Positions 48,785 through 60,650 of a DNA stretch of 64,000 nt are shown in pieces. Each line of letters starts with the position of its first letter. Position 1 is the stretch's first letter. Source of the stretch: Botryllus schlosseri (taxonomy: Eukaryota); assembly GCA_051294905.1 (NCBI GenBank), contig CM119373.1, positions 36,704,001 to 36,768,000 on the forward strand, written 5' to 3'. The translations under genes and the position numbers were made by a program. The notes under the pieces are model-generated. The model did not search any database. It saw only the letters and a program-made list of their open reading frames with translations, and had not been told where the DNA came from.

Positions 48785-50331
48785 TGCGCTTCGCCCTCCA
48801 GACCCCCCTCCGCCGATACACTGTTTACCACTATTCATCATATTCATTGGGAGTTTCTTTAGTGAGTCAGCTTCCGTCGCCTAAGCGCGCGAGGCGCGCA
48901 AAATTTCTAGAATTCATGATTTCATCGGTCAGTATGATCGGGAATTGCATACATTGTTATCAATTTTTATATTCTCTCTGCTCACGTAATCAGATTTGCC
49001 GGTAGAGCTGAGTGAGGTGTGTTTAAAAAGGTAGGACCACTCAATAATAATTAAACATCTTCGGGCGTATACCCGTTGGCAGGAACAAAACAGCACCTCG
49101 TCAGGCCCCAAAAAACGTGGGTCTTGGGCTCCCATAGGGTGATAAAACGACCCCCTCCATCACGTTGTTCGCGTTTGTCACGAAATTACCCGTACTGTAT
49201 TGTGAGCCAGCGCGAAGCGCGAAAATTTTCGATAATTTATGATAAAATCGGTCAATCAGATCGGCGACTGCATATATAATATGCTATCAATATATTGTCC
49301 TCTCTACTCACGTAATCAGATTTGCCGGTAGAGCTGAGTGAGGTGTGTTTGAAAAGGTAGGACCACTCAATAATAATTAAACATCTTCGGGCGTAGGCTA
49401 TACCCGTTGGCAGGAACGAAACAGCACCTCGTCAGGCCCCCAGAAACGTGGGTGTTGGGCTCCCATAGGGTGGTAAAACGCCCCCCCCCATCACGTTGTT
49501 CGCGTTTGTCACGAAATTACCCGTACGGTATTGAGAACCAGCGCGAAGCGCGAAAATTTTCGATAATTTATGATAAAATCGGTAAATCAGATCGGCGATT
49601 GCATATATAATATGCTATCAATTTATTGTCCTCTCTACTCACGTAATTAGATTTACCGGTAGAGCTCAGTGAAGTGTCTTGAAAACGGGAGGGCCCGTAA
49701 ATAATGATTAAACATCTTCGGGCGGGCGGAACCGTTGGTATGACTTCGTTACATGATGTTATTTCGTGACTTCAAGTCTGCTATATCAAAAAATATAGAA
49801 CCGCCCAAACGTAGGCTTCTAAACTAAGAGAAGCACACGATTTAAAATTGGTATTTCTGCACTGGCATATAATTTTTCCCAGCGGGATGGTATTTGTCTT
49901 GTGAGGTTCAGATTGCAAAGACAGGAACATTCGGCGCCAGTCATTTAGGTGCCTATGGACAATTGGACAATTAAACCTATATGTATTTTGTATATATAGC
50001 GAAGTCTTTGATCTGCATAAGGGCATAGACCTTTTCGGCCAAGCTTTTCTCGCTGCCAATCGTTCTGGCACACTTCTTGGAGTCGCATGTTATATGGCCT
50101 AAAACTTGATTGTATGTCTTGGTGGGTCGTGGCGTGGTAATGGCCCAATACCCAACAGGAAAGATAAACGGCTACGTGAATTCGCGCGTAGCGCGAAAAA
50201 AATTTGAAAAATTGCATAAATTTTCAAAAAATACTCTATGATTTATGCTAATTCACGAAATAATTTTTGGCCCCCATCGAGCTCGGCCCCCCCCCAATTG
50301 GGGGGTTTGGGGTGCGGCAGTTACGGTGCTG
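48785..50331 (+). mobile_element. hAT family A, 5'-truncated copy with an expanded internal repeat
   Basis: Homologous to 330-1673; GGTAGAGCT unit starts at 49001, 49327 and 49658; 3' end GGTGCGGCAGTTACGGTGCTG. Confidence 0.85.
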
Positions 50332-50509
50332 CGCACAACCATTACACTATCTCGCTCGGCGATAGCGTCTTGCGAGTGCCGTGGGGGTAGTTCTATTGAC
50401 AATAATGCTGCCACGGCCCGCATCTACATATTCATAGTATCAAAGGTCCGCAGTCCCACAGCATCGTCACAAAGTGCAATGTGTTGTGAAACTGGGATTA
50501 GGCTATATT

Positions 50510-51155
50510 AATATGGATAACCAACCTACGGATAGATGTGCAACACGTTATTCATGGTTGAGTGATGCGATGCCGCCGCCGATTTGCGATCACTTCATAG
50601 CATGCAAACGGCTGGTTGTCGGCCAGATTGACTGGTAAAATGCAGTTATGATTGGTTTGGAGCATTAATATCAGTTGGATATTTGATGAGCAAAAGAAGT
50701 CATCGCATTGCGTCTTGTATATCAAATTGTACAATGTACATTGTGTGTGTCTTGGGTAAATGGAAATATAATCTGATGATTATTATGATCAAATCAGACC
50801 ATTTCAAGGAAACCTTATTTCCTGCAAAACGAGAGTCAGTATTGAAACCTATTGATCACATTAATTGAGTAAATATCATTACTTCTTTTGCTCATTAAAT
50901 ATCCAACTTATATTAATGCTTTGATAGCAGCGTCGATTACTAGATGTAGGCTACTGTACAACTAAATAACCTGTTCTTAATGCCCTGCGTCCACTCTAAA
51001 CCAAACATAACTGCATTTCTAGCAGTCAATCTGGCCGAAAATCAGTCGCTTGCATGCTATGAAGCGACCACAAATCGGCAGCGACATGACGGATCACGGT
51101 ACTCAACCGTTGAATCACCTGTTACGCACCTATCCGTAGGCTAGTTATCTATAGT
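50510..51155. mobile_element. Foldback element with ~190-bp arms
   Basis: 50510-50703 versus the reverse complement of 50878-51155 (CCTACGGATAG, CTTCATAGCATGCAA, CGGCCAGATTGACTG, GAGCAAAAGAAGT); the right arm has an extra insertion. Confidence 0.8.
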
Positions 51156-51164
51156 TTCCAGCAT

Positions 51165-51505
51165 ATTGTCCTACATGGTGTCGACACAAGCAAATCTCAC
51201 GGATCAGTGAAATTGGTCTACGTCACACTTTCCATTTGGGTGATTGGTGAAGGCTATTTGACGGTAATTTTTGACCGAATTGCCGAGCATCAAATTTGAT
51301 AAAACGGGTATCAATCTAAACCTGCCGCTGTACTGATTACGAAAATATAAATTTTATTTCGCTCGTGGCCCTGGAACCCCCACAATCAGCCTCGAATTTT
51401 TCATTGTTATGGAGAGTGGTGTAGTGACGCAACAAGGCTGTCTGGCGAAACGAGAGCGTAGGTAGGTCAGGAGCAAATGATGGCTGCGCGGCGAGAGTGA
51501 GTGCA
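51165..51505 (+). repeat. Family G, copy 2
   Basis: Same diagnostic blocks as 48405-48730. Confidence 0.8.
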
Positions 51506-52612
51506 AACATCCGGATTGTCATAAGAAATGTGGTGATTAGACATTTGAACACCGTCATATTGTTAAATCGCGAATCGGGTTTCTGTGGGATCCGGGGACC
51601 TTTTGAGTCAGAAGTGGCAAGTGATACAGCAGTGCAACCACATATATTTGATTTATACTTCTGTGTAACTATTATATCCTCTATGTATCCTGCGTATAAC
51701 GGTTTCGTATTGGCGTTTTCGCTTCTGTGAATATCTAGTTTTCAGTCCATTTGTCCATAACACTCTGAACTCAGTGGGTGCACTTTTGTGCCTATTCTCG
51801 GAATTGGGTTTCAATGTCGCCGACTATAGTTCCTAATAACGACTAGAGTGAAACCACAAGTCCGCTGCCGGATGTTTATAATGTGTCCTTTGAAAATGAA
51901 TAATAGTGATCATACTCGACATTTGCTGTCTTGAGAGATTATTTTTGGGAAGTATTTCTAACTTAAAATCTTAGAAATATTCTGAATAGTATTTTTGAAT
52001 CTACTCAGAATTGCTTCACGGGCCAGATGAAATCACCTGGCGGGCCGTATGTTTGACACCCCTGGTCTAGGTAGCTGTGTAGCCTACACTGTACATTGAT
52101 ATGTCAGATTAGCTTGCTTGGTTTGGCCCGCTTGTTGTGTCGGGCTCCAGAGACACGTTGCGCTGTTGATGGACGGTGTCGATACTTTCTATAGTCGCTT
52201 TGGTTAAGTATGAGCACTGAGCACACATTACCATGCAGTCGTTCCTTAACCTGTACGGGTGTAGGACTTGGTCCGCGAATGCAGCAGGTAAAATGTTGAT
52301 TATAGGTTTACAACAGGAGTGTCGAACTAAATTGGAGTCGCGGTCCGGATCCAATCCTATCAGATAACATGCGGACCGGACCAGTCAAATGATTGCAAAA
52401 TGTTACCACCAAATCCTTACTTTTGTTTTTCACTGGAATGCTCTATTACCAAGCCTAGGCCTATATAGCCCTGGTCAGGAATATAGAAGATTTAACTAAA
52501 CGGTGACGTTGGAAGTTGGTTTATAATTTTCAATCACCTTTCGGATTTCTCTGAATGCCGGAGACCTTTTGCGTCAGAAATAATACAGAGGTATCATTGC
52601 CGCGACGCCAGC

Positions 52613-53197
52613 TGAGCACTCACTCTCGTCGCGCAGCCATAATTTGCTCCTGACCTACGCTCTCGTTTCGCCAGACAGCATTGTTGCGTTACCGAGCGAG
52701 ATAGTGTAATGGTTATGCGTCCGGCTTCTCGAGCGGTAGGTCGTGGGTTCGATCCCCGGTCTGGTCATACCAAAGACTCGAAAAATGGTATCCGCAGCTA
52801 TCCTGCTAGGCGCTCAGCAATCATTGATAGCATGGAGGAGAAAAAAAACGGGGGCGCAGACTAGATGACCTCATGGGGCCGTATCGCAACTCCGTCGTCA
52901 AAGCATCTCGACGGTGCAGGGGAAAAAGAATATCATCTCTCTCTCTCTCTCTCTCACTATGCCACTCTACATAATGAGAAATTCGAGGCTGATTATGGGG
53001 GTTCCAGGGCAACGAGCGAAATAAAATTTATATTTTCGTTATCAGTACATCTGACACCCATTTCATCAAATTTGATACTCGACAAGCCGGTCAAAAATTA
53101 CCGTCAAATTGCCTTCAGCCAAATGGAAAGTGTGACGTAGAACAATTTCACTGAGCCGTGAGATTTGCTTGTGTCGACATCATATATCAGGACACTA
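52613..53197 (-). repeat. Family G, copy 3, inverted and split by a SINE
   Basis: 52613-52690 and 52956-53197 together are the reverse complement of copy 2. Confidence 0.8.
52692..52955 (+). mobile_element. tRNA-head SINE, probably MetaSINE superfamily, with a (CT)n tail
   Basis: A-box-like TAGTGTAATGG and B box GGTTCGATCCC, then GGTCATACCAAAGACTCGAAAAATGGTA...CCTGCTAGGCGCTCAGCA, which from memory matches the conserved Meta domain (not verified); (CT)n at ~52936-52955. Confidence 0.7.
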
Positions 53198-53204
53198 CGG
53201 TTTC

Positions 53205-53436
53205 CAGAGATGAGCGAATTTGAAATTTCCATGACCTAATCCAATAAAAATCCGAAGCTTCAAATCCTAATCCAAATCCAGAAAATTTGTATATTCCAAT
53301 CCTAATCCTATTCAAACTTAAATTTCCATTTAGAAAGCCTACATCCTATGCCTATAATTCTGTAAAAATCCAAATCCAAATCCGATAAAATTTCACAAAT
53401 CCGGTTTCACCAAATCCTAATCCATGCTCATCTCTG
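53205..53436. mobile_element. Short hAT-like MITE
   Basis: TIRs CAGAGATGAGC / GCTCATCTCTG; internal AATCC(T/A)AATCC repeats; no TSD seen. Confidence 0.6.
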
Positions 53437-54059
53437 CTATAGGGCTGGGCACAATGATATATAATATATACAATGATTGGAAACTGCCACGCCCCCTAAC
53501 GCTGTAAGGTTTACTCCCGCCGAAATCAGCGTGTGCGCGGATAAGGTTGACTACATACACTTCATTAGGTAACGTTGACTGCGGTGGAGTGCTGCTATCG
53601 CCTTTGCTGGCAGATATTCAACTGTTTTCTCGTTTGTTGGTTGATTGTAAACAAGTTTTGTGAGCATAGTGAGACAGTACTATATACTAAGGTCTAATCA
53701 AACTTTCGCCAATGCGCAATGTTCGCAGGTACTGACTAGCTATGCTTATGTTTTTGCATTTGTATATGAGCGGAAAAAGCTTGAAAATTTATGACTGATT
53801 CAGATACTTATGAGTGATCTTATTGCTGGCCAACCTTAGAATACGATGAGACCCATTCTAATAGAAAGCAATCAGGCTACTTTATAACTCTTTCCCGGGT
53901 CAGGGGAAAGGAACCTCTTCGTTTCTCTTCAATCATCATTGAAAAGGAAAATTGGCATTTTGAAGAACAAAGTGCATGAGTGAAATAATGCAGCAATAAT
54001 ACTGGTGTCCGGTAGTCAGCATGATGTTCCGTTTGATGTAAGTTATTTTTCAAGCAATA

Positions 54060-55020
54060 TAGCACCCCTTTGCAAAAATCTTTCACTGGAATATATTTGC
54101 ACACATTTTACATGTACACTAGGGTTGTTCAAAATTCGGAAAATGTTTGGAACACTGCGTATCCATGGCTTCTTGTAATGATTATTGTTAAAAAACGATA
54201 TTGGGCCTGAAAGAATCTTACAGGAAAGCCGGTAAGATTTGTCTAAATGCGTACATTGTACACACACGTGTTAGTTGAGAAGTTACTCGGTACCATAATG
54301 ACTATTTATTTTGATCCAATGGTATGGTTGACTGGCAAAACTGACAAAACGAGTTTCGTATCTAATGTCTTATAATGTATTTGTTGACAGGGCATATATT
54401 GAACAATTTGAAAATCAGAGCAATTCCAACCTTGAATTTAGCAGAAAAGAGGGCTCGTATGAAACACGCAGACACCACCTTCAACTGGGAGCAAGTAAGA
54501 ACGGGCTGCATACTACAAGAAGTTGAAGGATATTGAAAAATGTGCAATTCGTTCCCAGTCTGGAACTGCCATCGGATCGATTGATGCGGGAAAACCACTA
54601 TTGCTAGAATAATCTGTGTTTGCCATGGAATCACATCCGTGACAATTATAGGTCAAAATATGCTGGTATTATCACACCAAAGGAATGCCATATGTTTGCT
54701 CAGGGGAAATTCTTACAGTTCCTCCCCCAACGTGTGTGGACATACTGACATTTATTGAAGGTTTTAGTATTGAATTCATCGTTATCTCCTCCTGGCTCTT
54801 TTAACCTTGATATCATATAAAGTTACATAAAATGTTCCCCTTCCTACCAATGATTCGGGCAAGAGCAAGCTAACATCTAAACAAAGCAGGAGATTTCATC
54901 ACGAGTAGATACGGCACCATTCAGGTCATAATTGGCCACTTTTGAGCTAACGAAAGCGAGTGTACTGTTGCATTTTTGAAGAAAATTTTCTCAAGTTGAA
55001 GATGACAAAAATTGATATCT
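54060..55020 (+). pseudogene. Possible decayed THAP/P-element transposase remnant
   Basis: YICTHF (~54090), LKIRAIPTLNL (54408-54440, like the THAP AVPT box, following a TTGACAG acceptor), PGSFNLDII and CCIFEEN (like CxLxFDEM) occur in the expected order; many stops. Confidence 0.3.
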
Positions 55021-56159
55021 AGCACTGTTATTGCTTAAAAGATCACACATAAACTGTTTTTGTTGTCCACATTGTTACTTTTGCATCGATCTATTTCTGT
55101 ACCGTTGCATATTAATGTTTGTTTTTCAAATGCATGCATCATTTCGTTTTTATACACATGAATTAGGGATTTGAAAATTCAATACTGTATTCGTAAATGT
55201 TGCATCTGTGAAGTGTATGTATCTTTATCATTCCTCATTTCTTTGCATAACATGATGGGATCCTGAAAATTCGACCGGGATTTTGTGGAATGATCAGAGA
55301 AGATTGATGTATACAGCGTTGCTACTGAAATATTGGAAGTATTGCTGCAATGATTTACTCAGGTTCAAATAGAAGTAGCGAAAGTAGAAATCTGTGAAGT
55401 ACGCAGTTAGTTGAAAATAGTCACTTTTGAAATTGGAGGGTGAAGCTTTTATGACTACCTCAAAATGACCATCCAATGAATATGTGGGTGCTATTTTCAA
55501 ATACATTCAAAAGTCAGGGATATCTAGATACCCCTGGCAAAAACCAAGTTGTGATGCTGATGTTTGGTGAGTGGTATGGAAGCACAGCATTTACCCAAGG
55601 AAGTAGGCAAACCTACCCGAGTACTCAGAAAAACTAGAATTACTTCTCTAAAAACTACCTCCACTTGATATTTATTTATATATGATGTTATTGATGTACC
55701 AATATGATGGAAAAGCGACACCTCAATTTGGAATGAAGGTTGTGTCACTTGCAACAGTGGTTGAACGTCCGCGGGTGTGTGAATGTACGCCGCGTTGGCC
55801 GTCACAAGGCTACAGCGTTGTGATTGCGTGTAACCGTGAGTCGTCAGTGTGAATTGGATTTGCAATACGTGCATGACGCGCGAAATTCAACTTAACTTGA
55901 CTGCGTTGTAGTCCGCTAGCTTAATCAGAAAAAAATCCCAGCCGCGAGAAAGAAATGCGTTTCTGAAACTATTCAACACGTTAACGTTGTATTTCACTGA
56001 TAAATATACCCAATGTATCATATATCATTGCTAGTTCCTTAAACAAGTATTGCTGAGGAAGCTTTTGTTTACAGCACAACTGTGTATGCGATGAAGCGTG
56101 ACCTGGTACACGCTGAAACGCAGAGCTCACGGTAGTTTCCAATCATTGTATATATATCA

Positions 56160-56674
56160 TTGGCTGGGCACAATGATTCGAGTACTCGAATCTGAATCGA
56201 GTATTAATTTTAATGATTCGAGTCGAGTAGTAAAAGGCGATTTTTTCGAGTACTGAAATTATACGTTCCTCGCCACTGAAAGTTAATTTATCGACGAGAA
56301 TTATCGTTACAATACTAATTTTCACTGTTGTAGCCTTGAAACCTTGATTGGCCGTATCGTAGCATACGAAACATACAGTAAAAAGCTACGAACGCTACTG
56401 GAAACAGCAGATTTCTGAAGTCAAGTCGTCCCGCAACATTGTCACCAAGTGCAATGAAATCGGTATGGTCGAAAAAATACCAAAGTATCTTTAATGTGAT
56501 GGATAACAGTCATTATATGCTTTGTGGTGGCATAAACGGTACATATTTGAACTTTGACATATTACATTCTGTTATGACGTCATAATGAGTGATACTCGAT
56601 TACTCGACTCGACTCGAAGCATATTATGTGATTCAGAATCGAATCACTCAGATACTCGATTTTGCCCAGCCCTA
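56160..56674. mobile_element. hAT-like MITE with ACTCGA repeats
   Basis: GGCTGGGCACAATGA at the left and TGCCCAGCCCTA at the right; subterminal GATTCGAGTACTCGA/GATACTCGAT repeats; the same 5' end occurs at 53440. Confidence 0.55.
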
Positions 56675-57793
56675 CAGTCTGCTAGTGTCACATCATCCTT
56701 ACTGCTGTGACGTTGTAACCAATAATACTCGAGTTCGAGTCAGGTTTAACTCGCTTTTGTCTGATATTCAAACGCCTCGCCTTCTTAATACACTCGATTT
56801 TCTCACTCCTAATTAGTTATTTTCGACTTGAAGACCTGATGCCTGATGGTCGTATCGCTGGCCACCATTTCATCGCAATTGGAAATGAACTTCTATCTCT
56901 CTCTCTATTCAAACAGATAAAAGACAGAATCTTGGTCAAATTTCAATTATCGATCTAGATATACGATGGATGATTAAGACATATTATAGAAAGTGTCGAG
57001 TCGCATGACTTGGACGGGTCATGCGCAATGAGTCGAGTAAAGGCTGTCAATAACGAAATATATTTCGCCTAATTGTACTACTCAAGTGGTTATTACAGAC
57101 AGTTTTTCGGGCAAAACTAGAATTAGAATACATTTGAAAATCGAAACATATACTTGAGTAGAAATTTACGTTACTTTTACTTGAATACCAACGGTGACTA
57201 CTTTGACCAATTCTGGACTCGAGGAACTACGCAAAGTGACTCAAGTTGAGTCATTTTCCATGTTCAAGATGAAGACTTGAGTCGACAAAAATTGTGGTTC
57301 GAGTCGATTCGTTGCAGTCCTGCTTTTTGTTTTACGTTAATGGGTAGAACCAAGACCGTCAACTGTGTAATCCAACTTTGTAAAGTTGCTGTTCTACCTC
57401 GCTGCGTATTCTGCCTTTTGACGTATCACAACGGCCTGTCTCATGGTCAAAGAAAATTTATTGAAACAATAAATTCGAAAGTTAAATTATTACAGATCAA
57501 CAAATTTGATACAAATATGACAGCAATAACCACTTTAAACATATTTGTTCTGTTTCTCATGCATATCAGCATATCATGAAAAGTTAACGGATATTACCTT
57601 ATTTAGATTGATACCAATGCTGGGAATACATTCCCACAAAATGAAGCTACTTTTTGATCGACATTATTGGTATATATTCAGCTATGGTATATCAGCATGT
57701 TTGTCTACATGACGCACGAGGTAACCCTTCCGAGTATATGATTTTCCACATACATCGCATTAATGATTGTTAACGCCAGCATGCATCTCCTTA

Positions 57794-59575
57794 TTACACA
57801 TGAATATGCATATGATGCTCGAGGTTACGTTTAACATGAAATTCTTTCCCGCAGATATCACATATATGGTTTTTGATATGACCATGAATATTCACGTGAA
57901 GCTTCAAGCCAGGCATCTGAGTAAATGCTTTCCCACATATCTCACATTTATAATTTTTAATCGCAGCATGCATCTCCATATGATGCTTGAGGGTGCTCTT
58001 CTGAGAAAATGTTTTCGGACATATGCCGCATTTATGATTTTTGACACCAGCATGCAGGTCCATATGAAGCTTGAGACCACCACTTTGAGAAAACGCTTTC
58101 CCACATATATCACATTTATGATTTTTGATGCCAGCATGAATATCTATATGACGATTTAGGCTACATTTTATACGAAATTCTTTCCCGCAGACATCACATA
58201 CATGATTTTTGATATCAGCATGCATATCCATATGAATCCTCAACTCACCAATTCGAGTAAACGCCTTCCCACATATATCACATTTATATTTTGTTATCCC
58301 AGCATGCATCTCCATATGACTTCTGAGACCACTCTTCTGAGTAAATGTTATCGAACATATGTCACATCTATGGTTTTTGACACCAACATGCATATCCATA
58401 TGAAGCTTGAGCTGAGACTTCTGGACAAATGCTTTTTCACATACCTCACATTTATGATTTTTGACACCAGTATGACTATTCATATGAACCTCGAGGTCAC
58501 GCTTATTATGAAATCCCATCCCGCAGACATCACATATATGTTTTTTGATATCAGAGTGCATATGCATATGGTCATTTAAGCCAGACAGAGTAAATTCTTT
58601 CCCACAAATGCCACATTTATAATTTTTAACGCCAACATGTATCTCCATATGTCGCTTGAGGGTGCCCTTCAGAGAAAATGCTTTCAGACATACGCCGCAT
58701 TCATGATTTTTGACACCAGCATGCAGGTCCATATGAAGCCTGAGGCCTCCACTCTGAGTAAATTCACTTCCACATATATCACATTTGTGATTTTTGATGC
58801 CAGTATGAGTATTCAGATGACCCTCGAGAGTACTTTTATGACGAAATGCTTTCCCACACATATCACATGTATAATTTCTGATATCAGCATGAAATTTCAT
58901 ATGACTGTCGAGGTTAAATTTATGTAAAAACTTTCTCTCGCACAAATGACATTGATAATTTTTGATTCCAACATGCATCTTCATATGACGATTGAGTACA
59001 CCCTTCTGAGAAAATGTTTTCGCACATACGTCACATTTATGGTTTTTGACACCTGCATGCATATCCATGTGAGACTTGAGGCCACTAATGTGAGTAAATC
59101 CTCTTCCACATATATCACATTTATGATTTTTGATGCCAGCATGACTATCCAGATGTGTGTTGAGGTTATTTTTACGACTAAATTTCTTCCCACACATATC
59201 ACATGTATAGTTTTTGATATCGGCATGCATTGTCATATGACTCCTGAGGGCGCATTCAAGAAAAAATTCCTTGTCGCATATAAAACATTTATAATTTTTT
59301 ATGCCAACATGCATATTCATATGACAATTGAGTGAACCCTTCCGAGTAAATGTTTTCGCACATACGTCGCATGTAAGCTTTCTGAAACCAACATGCATAT
59401 TCATATGACGATCGAGATGACCCTTCTGGGTAAATGTTTTCGCACATACGTCGCATGAATGGTTTCTCAAACCAGCATGCATCTCCATGTGAAGCTTGAG
59501 GCTTTCCTTCCAAACAAATGCTTTCCCACATATATCACATTTAGTATTTGTGACCGCAGCACCAGTATAATCCAT
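57794..59575 (-). CDS. Tandem C2H2 zinc-finger protein (21 fingers, 593-aa ORF); true start uncertain
   Basis: 21 consecutive CxxC-x12-HxxxH units at a 28-aa period (finger 12 is one residue short); linkers HAG[IV]KN[HY]x; no KRAB, BTB or ZAD domain in the ORF. Confidence 0.88.
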   Translation of the reverse strand: MDYTGAAVTNTKCDICGKAFVWKESLKLHMEMHAGLRNHSCDVCAKTFTQKGHLDRHMNMHVGFRKLTCDVCAKTFTRKGSLNCHMNMHVGIKNYKCFICDKEFFLECALRSHMTMHADIKNYTCDMCGKKFSRKNNLNTHLDSHAGIKNHKCDICGRGFTHISGLKSHMDMHAGVKNHKCDVCAKTFSQKGVLNRHMKMHVGIKNYQCHLCERKFLHKFNLDSHMKFHADIRNYTCDMCGKAFRHKSTLEGHLNTHTGIKNHKCDICGSEFTQSGGLRLHMDLHAGVKNHECGVCLKAFSLKGTLKRHMEIHVGVKNYKCGICGKEFTLSGLNDHMHMHSDIKKHICDVCGMGFHNKRDLEVHMNSHTGVKNHKCEVCEKAFVQKSQLKLHMDMHVGVKNHRCDICSITFTQKSGLRSHMEMHAGITKYKCDICGKAFTRIGELRIHMDMHADIKNHVCDVCGKEFRIKCSLNRHIDIHAGIKNHKCDICGKAFSQSGGLKLHMDLHAGVKNHKCGICPKTFSQKSTLKHHMEMHAAIKNYKCEICGKAFTQMPGLKLHVNIHGHIKNHICDICGKEFHVKRNLEHHMHIHV

Positions 59576-60650
59576 ACTAAGCTTGACGTTACCGATTCAA
59601 GAAAACTCTTTCCCCGTAATATCAAACTGATGGTCTTGAAGTCGTGATCAATCTTTAGAATACATTGCTCCAAGTCACTCTTTTTGTGGAAATGTGCATA
59701 GCAGATTTCACAAAACTCCCTTAGTTGTCACAGTGTAGATAACATCCAAGTTGTAGTATTTTAAGGTTACAGATTTCTAAATAAATTTTCAACAGATGGT
59801 CATGGTCAACTCTAATTGTCGGAAAGGGCAGACCGTGCACCAGGCGGACCTTGTAACACTATACGGAGAACTGAGACAAAATGACCCAAATCTAAATGGT
59901 GGAGTTGGAGCAAGCGGAGCTGCATACTATCACAGGCTTGGAAAACTAAAAAATTTTTAGCTCTTACAAATTAGATTAGAGTTAGAATGATGGCTATATA
60001 TTTTTCTAAAATAGATTAGAATTACTGATTTCACAAAAACTCAGAAGTTGAATAAAGATCAGTTCACATGAAACGCCTTTCATTGTCATGAGGACGAGAA
60101 CGGCAAATATTTTGAGGAAAACCTGTAATGAGATTAGAACTAAAATTAGAGCATAGAAACATTCAACAAATTAGTCTAATTCAGTTCTTCCCAAACTAGG
60201 AGCATTTTACTGAGCTCACGTACCACCTCGCGATACCGACCCGGACAGAAGTAATTAGCTCTAAAGTGCTAAAACCCATTGTTTCAGCTTCATTACAAGT
60301 TACTAGCCTCGGGATCACTTTGAAGCAAATCGTTGGCTGCGAAGGCAAGATTTGGTATTGTTTCTTTTGAAATTGTGGAAACGCTTGAATAACTAACACC
60401 CGACACGGCAATTCGCGCAAACCGCCAGAAATTTTATCAGGGAATTGATAGTTTTGTTCAAAATATTTCTTGCAACTGTTATGTATTAGTGAGCTTTCTG
60501 ATTAATTTCAAGCACGGGCCGTAATTGAGCCGCCAGCAATCAAACATACTAGTTTGTCTGTGCCATTGGGTTAGTAGTACATTGGAGCAGTGTTTCTCGA
60601 CCTTTTAGTCTTCGCGGACACCTTTTCGGACCTTCACGAACCCCAGTGGA

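Noticed and set aside
46678-59575. Kelch and ZNF as a tunicate-style operon
   Set aside because: They are on the same strand but ~10 kb apart, separated by transposons.
57767-59647. Plus-strand and alternate-frame ORFs over the ZNF
   Set aside because: Shadows of the 84-nt finger repeat; no independent signal.
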